Origin: Pristiophorus japonicus
Lineage: Eukaryota
Reading direction: 5' to 3'
Assembly: GCF_044704955.1 (NCBI RefSeq)
Contig: NW_027251299.1
Coordinates: forward strand, 806,001 to 870,000
DNA: 64,000 bases
In this document: positions 1 through 12,540 of the stretch, in pieces
Layout of the letters: every line of letters starts with the position of its first letter
How positions within the stretch are numbered: position 1 is the stretch's first letter
The notes under the pieces: generated by a model
The model's input: only the letters and a program-made list of their open reading frames with translations
Database searches by the model: none
Told to the model about the DNA's origin: nothing
Position numbers and translations under genes: made by a program

Positions 1-294
1 AGGAACCAGGCCATTCGGTCAACTGATTTATACCAACTTTTATGCTCCACACGAACCTTCTCCCAGCTCACCATCTAAACCACGTAACATGTCCTTCTAT
101 TGCTTTCTCCCTCCTGCAATTATCTAACTTCCCCTTAAATGCATCATCCCATATCCCAGAGTATTTAGTTCGTGGGATTACCATTTGAATTATCAAAGTA
201 ATCTATTAATATACTTATTAGAACGAATTGGCCCATGCACAAGCACCAGGAATAGTCACAGCCTCTCACGTGTTACTACAATCACGCCACTCAC

Positions 295-600
295 CCATTT
301 CCTTGTGGATGGAACCTCTGATCGGAGTGTGCATATCCCGATGGCTCGCCACGCAGTCAAACACATCCCCACTCAGCCAGTCTTGTGTCGAGATGTCTAA
401 CTTGCTGATCACACTGTCGCCCTCTCCCGGTTCACCGTGATTCCCTGGTTTCAAAATGTCCTTTTTTCGCTCCCAGGACACGGTGACTCCAAAAGGAGCA
501 TTCGACACGATGCAGATTAAGGTCACTGTCGCCTCCATTAAGACCTGCTCGAGTGAGGGCGGCGAAAGAGTGATTTTTGGATCGTTGCACGAGGAATCTT
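295..600 (-). CDS. IGHM: IgM heavy chain constant exon CH3 (Cmu3)
   Basis: 306-bp exon, acceptor ttcacag| at 601-603, donor |GTGAGT at 294-289, phase 1-1. Encodes [43 protein letters not shown]...[28 protein letters not shown], a C1-set Ig domain (C-W-C) resembling shark IgM CH3. Confidence 0.95.
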
Positions 601-1304
601 CTGTGAAGCAGAAATGAAAGTCAAGCAAAGCTTCATCTCCAGAGTCAGGATAGCAGCATTCTGCTTAACTCCCAAAAGTAGAATAAATCACCTTTGAGAT
701 ATTAACCTCTCGTTGTTGCTTAACAACCATCATTATTGGAAGGACAACGAATTGGCAACCATCCCGGGAGACGCTTTAACATTTCCTGTGTATTTGCACC
801 CTGAGCCACCTGTGATCGGCTGTGAGGCAAAGACCCGGCATAAAACATTGAATAAAGTTGGGTGCAATTGTGTTATGCACTGAATAACGCTCGTCCCGAA
901 AATCCTTGCTCCTTTTCTGCCCGAACGCATTTGCGCTCAGTATAATGGCTCCACCCCCAGGATGAAGAGCTCAACATGGAAATTACACTGGTTCAAAACG
1001 AGTGTCAAATCAAATCCAGGATTATAGTTGCAACAGGAAACAAAGTTAATTTTCTGGTGTCTTGTGATTTTGGGGTTGATGAAAATGTGCAGGAACGAGT
1101 AGCCCCCCGCCCCTCCCCCCTCCCCCGGCAGTGCTGAAGTAAAAGGTCGTGGGGAGGGAATTTCAAGGGGTCTTTTGTCATAGGGAATAAATTGCAATAC
1201 TGATGTGAAGTAGTTTTTTTAAAATTTCTGTCATTAGTGAGCTTTTATCATGTCTAGTGAGAGAGAGTAAGGAGGGAATATAACCGCAGGACAGTAATAG
1301 TGTC

Positions 1305-2590
1305 ATAGGAACAGGAGAAGTCCATTCAGCCCATCCATCCTGTTCTGCCATTCAATCAGATCATGGCTGATATCTACCTCAACATCATCTACCCGCTTTG
1401 GTTGTACAACCCTTTACACCCTTGCCTAACAAAGATCTATCAATCTCAGTTTTGACATGTTCAATTGACCCCTACCCTCAACAGCTTTGGGAGGCCGGGG
1501 GTGGGGGGGAGAGAGTTCCAGATGTACACGAGACTTTGTGTGAAATTATCCTTCCTGACATTACCCCTGAATGGTGTAGATCTACTTTTAAGGTTCTGTC
1601 CCTGGTTCTGAAGTACCGCACCAGAGGAAATATTTTCTCGCTATCTACCACATCAGTTCCATTTATCAACGTAAACACCTCAATTACATCGCCTCTTCAC
1701 ATTCTACACAAAGGAATACAAGCCTAACCCGTCCTCATCATTTATCCGTTTTAGCCCGGTATCATTCGGGTGAATTTGCGTTGCACCCGCTCGAAAGCCA
1801 GTTTATCCATCCTGCGGTGTGGTGCCCAGAACTGAATGCTGTGTTCTAAAAAGGCAGATCATAAAATCATAGATATTTTCAGCATGGAAAGAGGCAATTT
1901 TGGCCCATCGTGTCCGCGCCGGCCAAACAAGAGCAATCCAGCCTAATCCCACTTTCCAGCTCTTGCTCCGTAGCCCTGTAGGTTCATTGCATATCCAATA
2001 TTTTTTTTTAATGTGCTGAGGGTTTCAGCCTCTACCACCCTTTCAGGGAGTGATTTCGAGACCCACACGACGTTCTGGATGAAGACATTTCCTCTCATAT
2101 CTCCTCTAAACCTCGCCCCAATTACTTTAAATCTGTGTCCCCTGGTTGTTGACTCATCTGCCAAGGGTAACAGGTCCTTCCTATCCACTCTATCAAGGCC
2201 CCTCATAATCTTATACATCTCAATCAGGTCTCCCCTCAGTCTCCTCTGTTCGAAACAAAATAGGCCCAGCCTATCCAATCTTTCCTCATAGCCAAAATTC
2301 TCCAGTCCATACAACTTCCTGGTAAATCTCCTCTGCACCCGTTCCAGTGCAGCAATATCTTTCCTGTAACCTGGTGACCAGAAATGCACGTGCTACTCCA
2401 GCTGCGGCCTAACAAGTGTTTTATACAGTTCAAGCATAAGCTCCTTGCTATTTTATTCCATGCCTCGACTAATAAAGGTAAATATTCCGTCTGCCTTCTT
2501 AACCCACTTATCAAGCTAGTGTGCTACCTTCAGGGATTTGTGGACATGCACTCCAAGGTGCCTTTATTCGTCTACACCCTTTCTAGCAAT
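1305..2590 (-). mobile_element. Two 5'-truncated CR1 LINE fragments in the CH2-CH3 intron
   Basis: ORF 1943-2389 FWSPGYRKDIAALERVQRRFT...LGLFCFEQRRLRGDLIEMYKIM is the CR1 ORF2 C-terminal signature; a second, more decayed copy lies at about 1305-1840. Confidence 0.88.
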
Positions 2591-2885
2591 TTCTAGCAGT
2601 GGCCCTTACATAGTAAAGGCTTGGAGACACCGACTGTCGCTCCCAATATGCACAGGCAACTCAGGATAAAGCTGAGACTAAGGGCAAGCAGAGGACAACC
2701 TTTAGCAAAGTGACGGAATCATGAACCGTGAGGAATCCTCAGTCAGGGCTTACACCGAAAGGAAAAACAAACTGTATGATTAGAAATGAGAAATAGTTCT
2801 GTGCTTTTTTACTAATTACGATAAAAGCCCTGACTGATATCATCGCTCAGAGTGATCCGGAACTTCCCGGGGCGATGTCTCTTAC

Positions 2886-3197
2886 CCGGAGATCTGGTGA
2901 TAGTTCGGTTTTGGGTGATTCCTTGATGAGAGACCTGGCAGGTATAGACTGAGTGGGCGAACCATTCCACGGCGGAGAATGTCAGCCGACTGCTCGCCGA
3001 GAAGTTCCCATTCACCTCACATACGGGAGAGGTGATGAAACCCGATTTCATAATTTGTCCATTCTTCAGCCAATTCACGGTCAGTGACTTTGGATGGAAA
3101 TCGATGATTGAACACACGGCGGTTGCAGATCTGCTGCTGGTGATTTCTTCCTTGGAACTCAAGGTAAGGATAACAGCTGGATGATGTACCACAGGAC
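2886..3197 (-). CDS. IGHM: IgM heavy chain constant exon CH2 (Cmu2)
   Basis: 312-bp exon, acceptor ttcttgcag|, donor |GTAAGA, phase 1-1. Encodes [48 protein letters not shown]...[20 protein letters not shown], matching shark IgM CH2 motifs ([17 protein letters not shown]). Confidence 0.95.
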
Positions 3198-3284
3198 CTG
3201 CAAGAAAATACATTTTATGGCGATTATTTGTAAAAATCCAAACAATTAAGAACTTTAAATTGGTTTTTAACATATAATCTACAT

Positions 3285-4170
3285 CACCGAAACAGGCCAT
3301 TCGGCCCAACAGGCCTATGTTTATGTTCCACATCGGCCTCCTCTCTCCCTATTGCCTACCCGCTATCAACATAACCTTAGATGCCTTTCTCCCTCGTGTA
3401 CTTATCTAGATTCCCCTGAAACGCATCTATGATATTCGCCTCGTATTCCATGCGGCAGGGAGTTCCATATTTTACCAATTCCTTGGGTGAAGAACTTTCT
3501 CCTGGATTCCCTATTGGATTTATTAGTGAATATCTTATATTTATGGCCCCAATATCGGGCTCCTGCTCAAGCAAAATATTTTATCTACGTTTAACCTTTA
3601 AATCGCTTCATAATTTTACAGACCACCATTTGATCACCACTCAGCCTTCCCTTTTCTGGAGAAACGAATCCCACTCCGTTCAGCAATTATTGACAGTTGC
3701 AATTTTTCAGTTCTGGTGTCGTCCTTGTGCCTCTGTATCATTCTTATAATATGGTAACCAGCACTATGCACATTACAGTTGATATGATCCGGAGATTAGA
3801 GCAGTGTACAGTACTCTATATGTGATATGGAGACCAGGCATGTGCGTAGTACTCTGAGTGTGATATGGAAACCAGAACTATGCTCGAATTTTGATTAGGA
3901 GATCGGAATGCACACTGAGATGTGTTATGGAGACCAGACCTGTATGCAGAACTCTTAATATGTTATGGAGACCTTATCTGTGTACAATACTCTAAATATG
4001 ATGTGGAAACCAGACCTGTACGCAGCACTCACTATGTGATATGAAGACCAGAGCTGTGCAATGACTCTAAGTGTAAGATGGAGACCAGAACTGTGCACAT
4101 TACTCAAAGTCTGGTCTAACCAAGGTTGTATAGAAGTTGAACATATCATCTCTGCTTTTCACAATTTGCC
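3285..4170 (-). mobile_element. Decayed CR1 LINE in the CH1-CH2 intron, containing an internal 38-bp minisatellite
   Basis: [25 protein letters not shown] matches the CR1 LVRPHLEYCxQFWSP motif; CR1 3' end near 3290. Confidence 0.75.
3750..4100. repeat. 38-bp minisatellite, about 10 units (tgtgatatggagaccagaactgtgcacagtactctaa-like)
   Basis: Unit starts at about 3821, 3859, 3921, 3959, 3997, 4035 and 4072. Confidence 0.85.
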
Positions 4171-4194
4171 TTCCTTGTATCCCACAGCACTCAC

Positions 4195-4494
4195 CTGGCA
4201 TTTTTACGTCCCAGACCGAGTCACCTCGTCGAACCTCGCAGTAGATTGCACTACTCCCCACCAATGACTTGTTGATGGTTAACTGGCTGCTCAGTGTGTA
4301 GGCTCCCTTCTTGTTGAGGACTGACGGGTAGATCTTCAATCCAGTGGTGATCGGCGCTTCTTCTGACCTCCAGGAAAGGCTGGTGATTTCCGGGGAGTAG
4401 TCCATCGCTAAGCAGCCATAGGTGACGGGGCCGCCAGTGTCGGGTTGTTCACAGGAGGAGAGCAGGGCATAGAGTTTGGGAGCAGATGGTGTCG
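4195..4494 (-). CDS. IGHM: IgM heavy chain constant exon CH1 (Cmu1)
   Basis: 300-bp exon, acceptor tttcccag|, donor |GTGAGT. Encodes [42 protein letters not shown]...[25 protein letters not shown]...[17 protein letters not shown]. The [16 protein letters not shown] and YCEVRRG motifs are typical of shark IgM CH1. The early Cys is the presumed light-chain link. Splices in frame with JH and CH2. Confidence 0.96.
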
Positions 4495-6039
4495 CTGGGA
4501 AAGATTGGCCAATTGGACAAGTTAGACTCTGTAATCAGTGCTTATAAAATAACCAAACAACTAAACGTTTCACTACGGGGTAAACTAAATCCATCATTTA
4601 CCGATCAAACCCTACGTCAACATTTGAATTACTAGCAATTATGAGATCCGACGTGAAACGCCTCCACGTAACTCCAGTCCTGTACATAAGGATAGTCACG
4701 AGACTTAAAGGGGCTTTCTGTCCAGCAGGCCCCTTTGTACGGAGTGAATGCTGGGATATTGTATCGTGGATTTCTTCCTGCTATTATGGAACTCTCCCCT
4801 CAATCTCCAATCACTTTCACAGTAAATTATTTCACATTATATATTCTGAGTTCCTCCCTGCATCCTTTTGCTCTCAGAATCTTATTAGCAGCACGGAATC
4901 AGGCCATTCCATGATATTAAAGTGAAGTCAACTCTCCATTTTAAGATGCTGTTTGAACTAACCTCTTGGACCAAGATTTTGGTCAATTGCCAGAATCACT
5001 GCTGACCATACTAAAGAAAACTGCTTATGTGGCCTGATATCAAATTTTACCTCCTTAAGCTCGTATGAATCGTCTTGGGACGTTTCACTACATTAAACGC
5101 GTTATATAAATGCAAGTATTGTTTTCAGATGATACACTTGGAGAATGTCGGTGGGGTGAATTATCCTAATCACACAACTTCTACAGAAAGATCTACTAGT
5201 TTTATTAACTTTTTTTTAATCCCAGCATGTTTATAAGCATGACCGAGAGTGATAAAATAATACAACTTTAAAGCACGGAAGGAGGCTATTCGGCCCATCA
5301 CGCCTCTGAACGATCTCTCCACAAATCCCGTTCACCTTCCAATTCCCAATCTTCTTCTCAAACATTCAATTTTATTAAGCTGTTATGGATTCTGCATGCA
5401 GCCCTCTTTCTGATAGGACAACCCATGTTCTAACAGCACCTGTGTAGAATAGTACAATAATACCCTCTCCCTTCATTCCTTTGCTGCTGATATTCAATCA
5501 GTGCCATTTACTCTCCAACTCACCGACCTGGGAAATATGTTTCCCGAATCCCTTCATAAAACCCTTCATAGTTCCAAAACCCCTCTATCAGACCTCATCT
5601 AAATCTTCTTTGTTCCCAGGAAAATATAGGACGTTCAAATAAATGGTTGAAGTCTCCTTTAAAATGTGAATTGATTACTTCAGCGCTCAGATTTGAACCG
5701 GGAACTTTTGCACAGCCTGATATCTCGGATTCAAGTTTGATCTCAATCGGGATTGATTCGGGCCTATCTCTTTCCTGCTCCGAATTGGAGGAAGAGCGAT
5801 GCAGTATGAGTTGTGATCTCTCCCCTGTTACTGATTGGATATCTCCTGACCTTCCTCTTCCCAATCACTCCATGAAATAATCCGAATGATGTACGGTTCC
5901 CAAAGCCGGTTATATGGAACGATGATCTTTAAAAGCTCCATTTAATTTTACAAATTATTTTCCAGCCTCCCGCCAGTGAGAACATGCACTGCTTTCTGGG
6001 TCATTGCAGTCACTTCTTGTTGTTGTTCGAACCGAACAT

Positions 6040-7210
6040 AATCTAAACATCAGGACAGGTTTTCTTCTCTAAATACCTAATATTGGCAAAACTTAAACAT
6101 TATAAATCGATTGGTTATCAGACGGGTCTATGCTAGGAAGGATAAAGTACCTGGTTACTGCTGATATGGGTAACTCTCGATTCTGGTTTGTGCGGATTAC
6201 TGAAACACCTGTGGCTTATTGGTCAGATACTGAAATCTCGGTCTACACCGTAAAGTTACAGAGAGAGTCGATGATGCTGTTGCAATAGATGTGTTATATA
6301 TAGATGTTCAAATGGCATTTTATAAAGTATCTCATAAAAGAATGATTCGGAAAATTGAAGCACATGTGATTAAAGGGATGGAGTTAACTTGGGTATTTAA
6401 TTGGCTGCGGGAGAGGAGACAGCGAGCAGTGGTGAACAGATGTTTTTTTCTGACAGAAGAGTAGTGGGGTCGCCCATTGATCGGTATGAAGAACATTGCT
6501 TTTCCTGTTATATATATATAAATTACCTGGACTTGTTTACAGGGAATACAGTTTACAAGTTCACGGATGATGCAAACTTGGCAACGTGGGAATGTGTGAG
6601 CAGGATAGCAGCGGACTTCAGGAGTGCATCGACAGATTGGTGAAATGGGCAGGCACATGGCAGATACAATTTAATGCATTTTGGAGGAACAACATTTAGA
6701 GGCAATATAATCTAACAGGCATTAATTTGAGGGAGGTGCCAGAGCAGAGGGTCCTGGGAGTACATATTCACATCTCTTTGAAGGTGACCGGGCAAGTTGA
6801 TAAGAAGTTTACTAAATTGTATGCGTTATTGCCATTGTAAAAGGGGCCTTGAATACAGAATCACGGGTGTCATGCTAAACCTTTACAAATCACTGGTTAG
6901 ACATCGGATGCAGTAGTGTATACAATTCTGACCTCCACAATTTAGAAAGGATGACAAGGCCCCAGAATGATACCAAGGACCAGAGACTTCAGTTAGGTGG
7001 AAAGATTAGAAAAGCTGGGGTTGTGTATTAAAGCAGTGAAAATTAATTGGAGGCCGAATAGAGGTATTCAAAATTGAGAGAGGTTTTGTCAAAGCAAGTC
7101 AGGAGAAACGATTTCCACTGGTGAGTACGTCGTTAACCAAAGGTCACAGATTTAAAATAATTGGCAAAAGAACTAGAGGGAAAATGAGGGGATTTTTTTT
7201 TAAAAGAGAG
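6040..7210 (+). mobile_element. Decayed CR1 LINE (RT and C-terminal region)
   Basis: Fragments such as YINYLD...KFTDDANL (the CR1 FADD motif) and downstream LEKLGL-type sequence, with frameshifts. Confidence 0.8.
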
Positions 7211-7944
7211 GGTTAAGTTCGAGAAAAGCTTCATCATGTTGAACACCTCTATCAGATCTATGTTTATTGTCTGTTATAGTGAAATGGGACAGTTAAAATA
7301 AAGGGACTGAGAAATTTGGCTCAAACGATTCAATTGGATACCGTTACAGAGTCTGAAAGATTATTGTGAATGGCAATTCATCGCAGGCTGAATGTATTTC
7401 TTTAAATGCTTCACAGAAATGCAGTTCAGTTACTGTGTGCCTTGTGTTGTGACCCAGTCCAACAGCTGCATCTGACCTGCGTCTGTCCCTACCTGGTGCA
7501 TAAAAAAAAAACAATTGAACGAAATGCTGATTTCAAGCATAACTTTCCCATGATGGTTATTTGAAGCAGGAGTTCGACATTCACCAGTTAAATTGTCAAA
7601 TTAACTTCCAGCCTACCATCAGATCAGAACAGGCGCTGCTTTCTGGACCATTTCAATCTTTTCCAGAAACTGTTTGTTCTGAAATTGAACTCAAGATCAG
7701 GCCAATCTCATTCAATCATTATCTGATACTCAAAATGTTTAACGTTTTGCAATTCATCAAAAATGAAGCAGTTATTTTGCAATAAGGTTAAACTCAATTA
7801 AGGCATTGTTGTTTCATTGGAGCAATGGAAATATTTATTTGAACATATCTGCCTTGCTAACTCGAACTTTATTAGTTGGATACAAATTAAGGCTGCTTGA
7901 ATGCCCCTGGATAAAGCATTTTCAGGTCTGTTATATTACAAATA

Positions 7945-8700
7945 ATATAGAGTAAAGCTCCCTCTGCACTCTATGCTCAGCTGTATCAAGGCATTGATTT
8001 CGAGAAAAGCCAATGCCAATACTGCACTGTCAAACAGTCCAGATAAGGTAGCGCACTAGTTAAATAGAGAGCAGAGCTCCATCTACTCTGTCCCACCAAA
8101 CACTACCACGGCAGACAGAACACGAGTTAGATAAAGAGTAAATGTTGCCTCTACACTGTCCTATCAAAGAGTCACAGGACAGTTACAGCACGGGTTAAAT
8201 ACAGAGTTAAGCTCCTTATACATTGCACAATCAGACTGACCCAGGGCAGCTACAACACGGGTTAGATAAAGAATAAATTCTCCCTTTGCACGATCCCATC
8301 CAACACTCCCAGTGTCCCAGGGCAGATACAGCAATGGTTAAATACAGAGTAAAGCTCCCTCTACACTGCCGCATCAAACGCTCCCAGGGCAGGTACAGCA
8401 TGGGATAGATACTGAGTACAGCTCCCTCTACACTGTCTCATCAAACGCTCCGACGGCAGGTACAGCATGCGTTAAATACAGAGTAAATCTCTCTCTACAC
8501 TGTCCCATCAAACACTCCGAGGGCAGGTCTCTCCGGTTAGATACAGAGTAAAGCTCCCTCTACACTGTCGCACGAAACAGTACCGGGGCAGGTACAGCAG
8601 GGGTTAAATACAGAGTGTAGCTCTCTCTACACTGTCCCATCAGGACTCCCGGGACAGGTATAGCATGGGTTAGAAACTGATTAAAGCACCTTCAACAGTT
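7945..8700. repeat. 67-bp tandem repeat, about 11 units (acagagtaaagctccctctacactgtcccatcaaacactcccagggcaggtacagcacgggttagat)
   Basis: Unit starts at 8344, 8411, 8478, 8543 and 8610. The same repeat recurs near 32.5, 41.7 and 61.9 kb. Confidence 0.92.
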
Positions 8701-11700
8701 TAACAGAAGTGTTTTTGAACTTCTGCTTCTGAAAGCCACAAATTGCGTTATTGGTCCCATTTGTGAGGTGCCTCCTCAAACTTAACCTGAAACTGTCACA
8801 TTTTTCAGAGATACAAGCTTCTCAAATAAATGAGTCGAATTGTACTCAACGAAATACAAGAGGACAAACTGGAAGGTTTACAGCCAATCAGGAGGGCTCC
8901 TGATTCTCACACAGTGAGCAGGCGCACAGAAAGAGAACAGGCACAATCTTGCTCTCAGCAGATAGATCGGTTCCATCTGTCAGTTTCAATAAAGCTGATT
9001 TACAATTGGTCTCTTGTCAATTTCCGATCATCTCAAAAGTGCACGTTTTAAAAAAAATTAAACTGATATTAATTTGGAAAACATTCTTCGACTTCCAATC
9101 ATGTCTCCCTCCATCTCCACAATCGTACAAATCCTGAAAACAATTATATCGAAATAATCTACATTCCATGGTAATTTGCTGCATTTTATCGGGACTCCCT
9201 TTCAGAGTAGGAATTTAACAAACCAAGAAACAGTTACATTGAAAACCGATTAGCCACTGGTTCAATATAATTTCATAATTAAATATAACCTGTAAAATCA
9301 TCGAGGCAAAACACAAAGTTAATTCATTAAAATCTGCGGCGACACCTTATCCATCTGAACAAAACTGAGTCAGACAAGTATTGTTTACTAAGTTAATCTT
9401 AGACATAATTTAAAATTCTCGCCAACCCTAGAGATGTTGCAGTAACTGTAATCCTGTCCAGTATACAATGCAATTGTGGGAGGTCATTAATGGTTAATCA
9501 GTTCACACTGATATTATACTCTAAAGTAATATTGATGTTTGCTGATCTAATACTGCATTATAATAAAATTAGTTAATATTCATTTTAATCCTGTTCCTGC
9601 TTCGTAACATGTGACATATTAGCGTTTCAGTTAAGTTAATATGGCACTTATCAATTTTAACATATTAAGAATCATATTAAAAGATGAAGACATTCAGACT
9701 AATATATTATGTTTACTTGATTCAAATCACATTTGAATAAGTTAAAATGATCAGGAGCTTCCAATATATTCCCGCTCTCTAGCGACACATGTAAACTCTG
9801 CATGTTTCTGAAGTCTCTGATACAACATAAACTCCCTCTTTTCTCAGAGTGGATTTCACATGATGGATTTAGGAGTGGACTATTTTAAATAGTTCAATGT
9901 CTGGCCGTTGTTACATCTCACTAACTATCGCTGGGCTGTAACGCTGTATGTTTTCTAAATCAGGGCCCTCCAGTTTAAACATTATCCTCATTCTTAACTG
10001 TAAAATATATTTTATGAAGTAACAGGCAACAGACTAATGTGCAGTCGGCAACATAGACTCCGCTATTTAATAACATAGAGAATTATTTTTATATTTTACT
10101 CCTGTAATTCACAAAATGCCCGTAAATTAATTATTAAGCTATTTATTGAAACTACTTTCCAGAATGATCAACGTAATATTGGCGGGGAAGAATTCATTCA
10201 GGCCATCTGTGACACTGACATTTAATGAGCAAATGGAGGAGAGATTTTGGTGATCAATTTAACATGAACCACAGTTAAACATAACTCTTAAATGTAATGT
10301 GTTCACTCTTTATAATTCTACCCCATATGCAGCACAGCTATGGGAGACTGGATGTTGTTATTCAATTCAAAAATAACATTGACCTTATGGTAATTAAATT
10401 AATCAGCTTGACTTTGAATGGGTTGTGTGTCTGTCAATCTGAACTTTCCTTGAATTTAAATAGAATCGTATGAACAATACTCTGACTGGCAGCGACGTCT
10501 AACGCTCAGGCTATCATCTTACAAACGGTTCAGATTAGTTTAGTGATAATTGTCTCGCTATGAAACAAAATATTTAATTGAAGAAATTACATAATTTTAG
10601 AATTTAATAACCGGTCAGATTTATGACATTTACAAACTGTAATTTACAACTCGCATTTAATTGATAATTAAATACAATCTGTTGTGGATCTGTGTAAAAC
10701 AGGGAAATAATTAATTTCAGACCCTTCTTGAACTGCGGTGGAGTCAGTATGCTGTTATTAAAATCATTTCAGACCTAATCAGAAATTGTCGCCAGCCTCA
10801 AAAAATTTCTGCTCACGTTAACTGGGACCAGTGCGCAGCAGAATTGTGGGATGCGAATAATGGTTAATACAAGAATATTAATTGCAACGCATATTTAGTG
10901 ATATTGGGCAATATTACCGCATTATAATTGTTTGAGTTATATTTATTTAACTGCCTTTCAACCTGCAAATTTTTAATCGTAAATTTCGAAATTACAGTAA
11001 TATTTCATGTATTAAATGTGTGCACCATAAAGCATAGGTTAATAGTTGAACCTGTAATTCTCACTTAAATAATAAGATGGAGAACATTATTTAGTAACGA
11101 TTTTTGATTTATAAAACCTACTTTTTGTCTGCCTACAATTATCTTTGAAACAGTTTTAAACGGATCATAAAAACTTGCAGCAGTTTGATGTCATTCAGAT
11201 AAACATCGCACAAAAGCCAAACAGTTTCACAAAAGTTTTGTTATTCAAAGTAACCCAGGCAAACTCTCTGCTCAGCAGATAAACAGCAAACCACAGCACT
11301 GAGCGGCTGGACCCAACAACACAATGTTTTGTGGAGAAGCAGCTTAATTCTATCAACGGTTTCAGCGGAATCAAATGTAACATTGCCAAAACATGTCAAT
11401 GCAGAATTAAGCGAACCCGTCTATCACTGAACGAATTAATTATTGAAATCAATAGAAATATAAAATAATGAGAGCAGAATTGTGATTAGACGGATCATGT
11501 TAATCTATTAATATTGATATAGGATATTGTTGTGCTATTGCGTGCTATTTCTATTAATTTGTATTAAGTTCAATCTGATTCATATCACAAATATATTAAT
11601 TATATAGTTCTTCATTACAGTAACATTTCACATATATGAGCATTCGTCAACTTTTGATCAATAAATGACATTGCAATTATCACAAACAAAATACAATAAA

Positions 11701-12129
11701 ATATCTTACATTTACTTGTAACATCTAAAGGTTTCTGTTTCTGCCTATAACCATCTTTCAAACACATTTAAATATAATATTTGCATTTGATCAGAAAACA
11801 TGCAGCAATTAATTGTTGCAGAGACTAAGCATTGCAGAAACACCAAAAGATTTAACAACCAGTGGGTGTTTAAAGTAACCCAGGAACAGAGTCCCATCAG
11901 CAGATAAACACCAAATCACACCAATCTGGGGATCAATCCCTCAACAACATGTTCTGTGGAGAAGCAATTTAATTTCTTAAAAGCATTGCAGCAGAAAGAT
12001 AGCAAAAAAAAACTCAATACAGAACCCAGCGAACCGAAGTTTTAGTGAATCAATGAATTATTGAAATAAACAGAAATAAAAAATTGAGACACAAATTCTA
12101 CAGTTACTGAAAGAGTGAATGTTTCTTAC

Positions 12130-12177
12130 CTGAAGTCACTGTCACCATGGTGCCTTTTCCCCAGTAGTCGAGATAGT
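12130..12177 (-). CDS. IGHJ: JH gene segment (IgM type), YLDYWGKGTMVTVTS
   Basis: WGxG motif, ends TCAG|GTAAGA splice donor, directly abutted by an RSS heptamer. Confidence 0.96.
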
Positions 12178-12216
12178 CACAGTGTTACATTCCCTGGGCT
12201 GGCTCACACAATAACC
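12178..12216 (-). promoter_or_regulatory. JH recombination signal sequence, 23-bp spacer
   Basis: CACAGTG (12178-12184), 23 nt, ACAATAACC (12208-12216), read away from the J coding end. Confidence 0.93.
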
Positions 12217-12540
12217 GGCACTGTGTAAAACAGACAGAAATCCAACATTAGTTTAAATGATCATATCCCAGAGGCAAAGGAAACCCACAATGGATCTTCA
12301 TAAAATGATAAATGTATAAATTAATATTGTTCACTCTTTATAAATGAACTGGTGTTATATATTTCACAGAGCAACACGTGAACAGTTCATGAAATTACCA
12401 ACTGATCAATGAATAATGATCAGTTTATCCATATTAAACTGTGCTGATAGGACAGTGCTGGACATAAATAGGACTTCACTGCAGATAGAGTGGATTGTTA
12501 AAGCGAGCACTGACCCAGACTACTCAATTAGTTGCTGAGG

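Noticed and set aside
8910-8950. Extra RSS or hidden J/D at the CACAGTG in the J-C intron
   Set aside because: No acceptable nonamer at 12 or 23 spacing (ACAGAAAGA is only 9 nt away) and no WGxG coding sequence.
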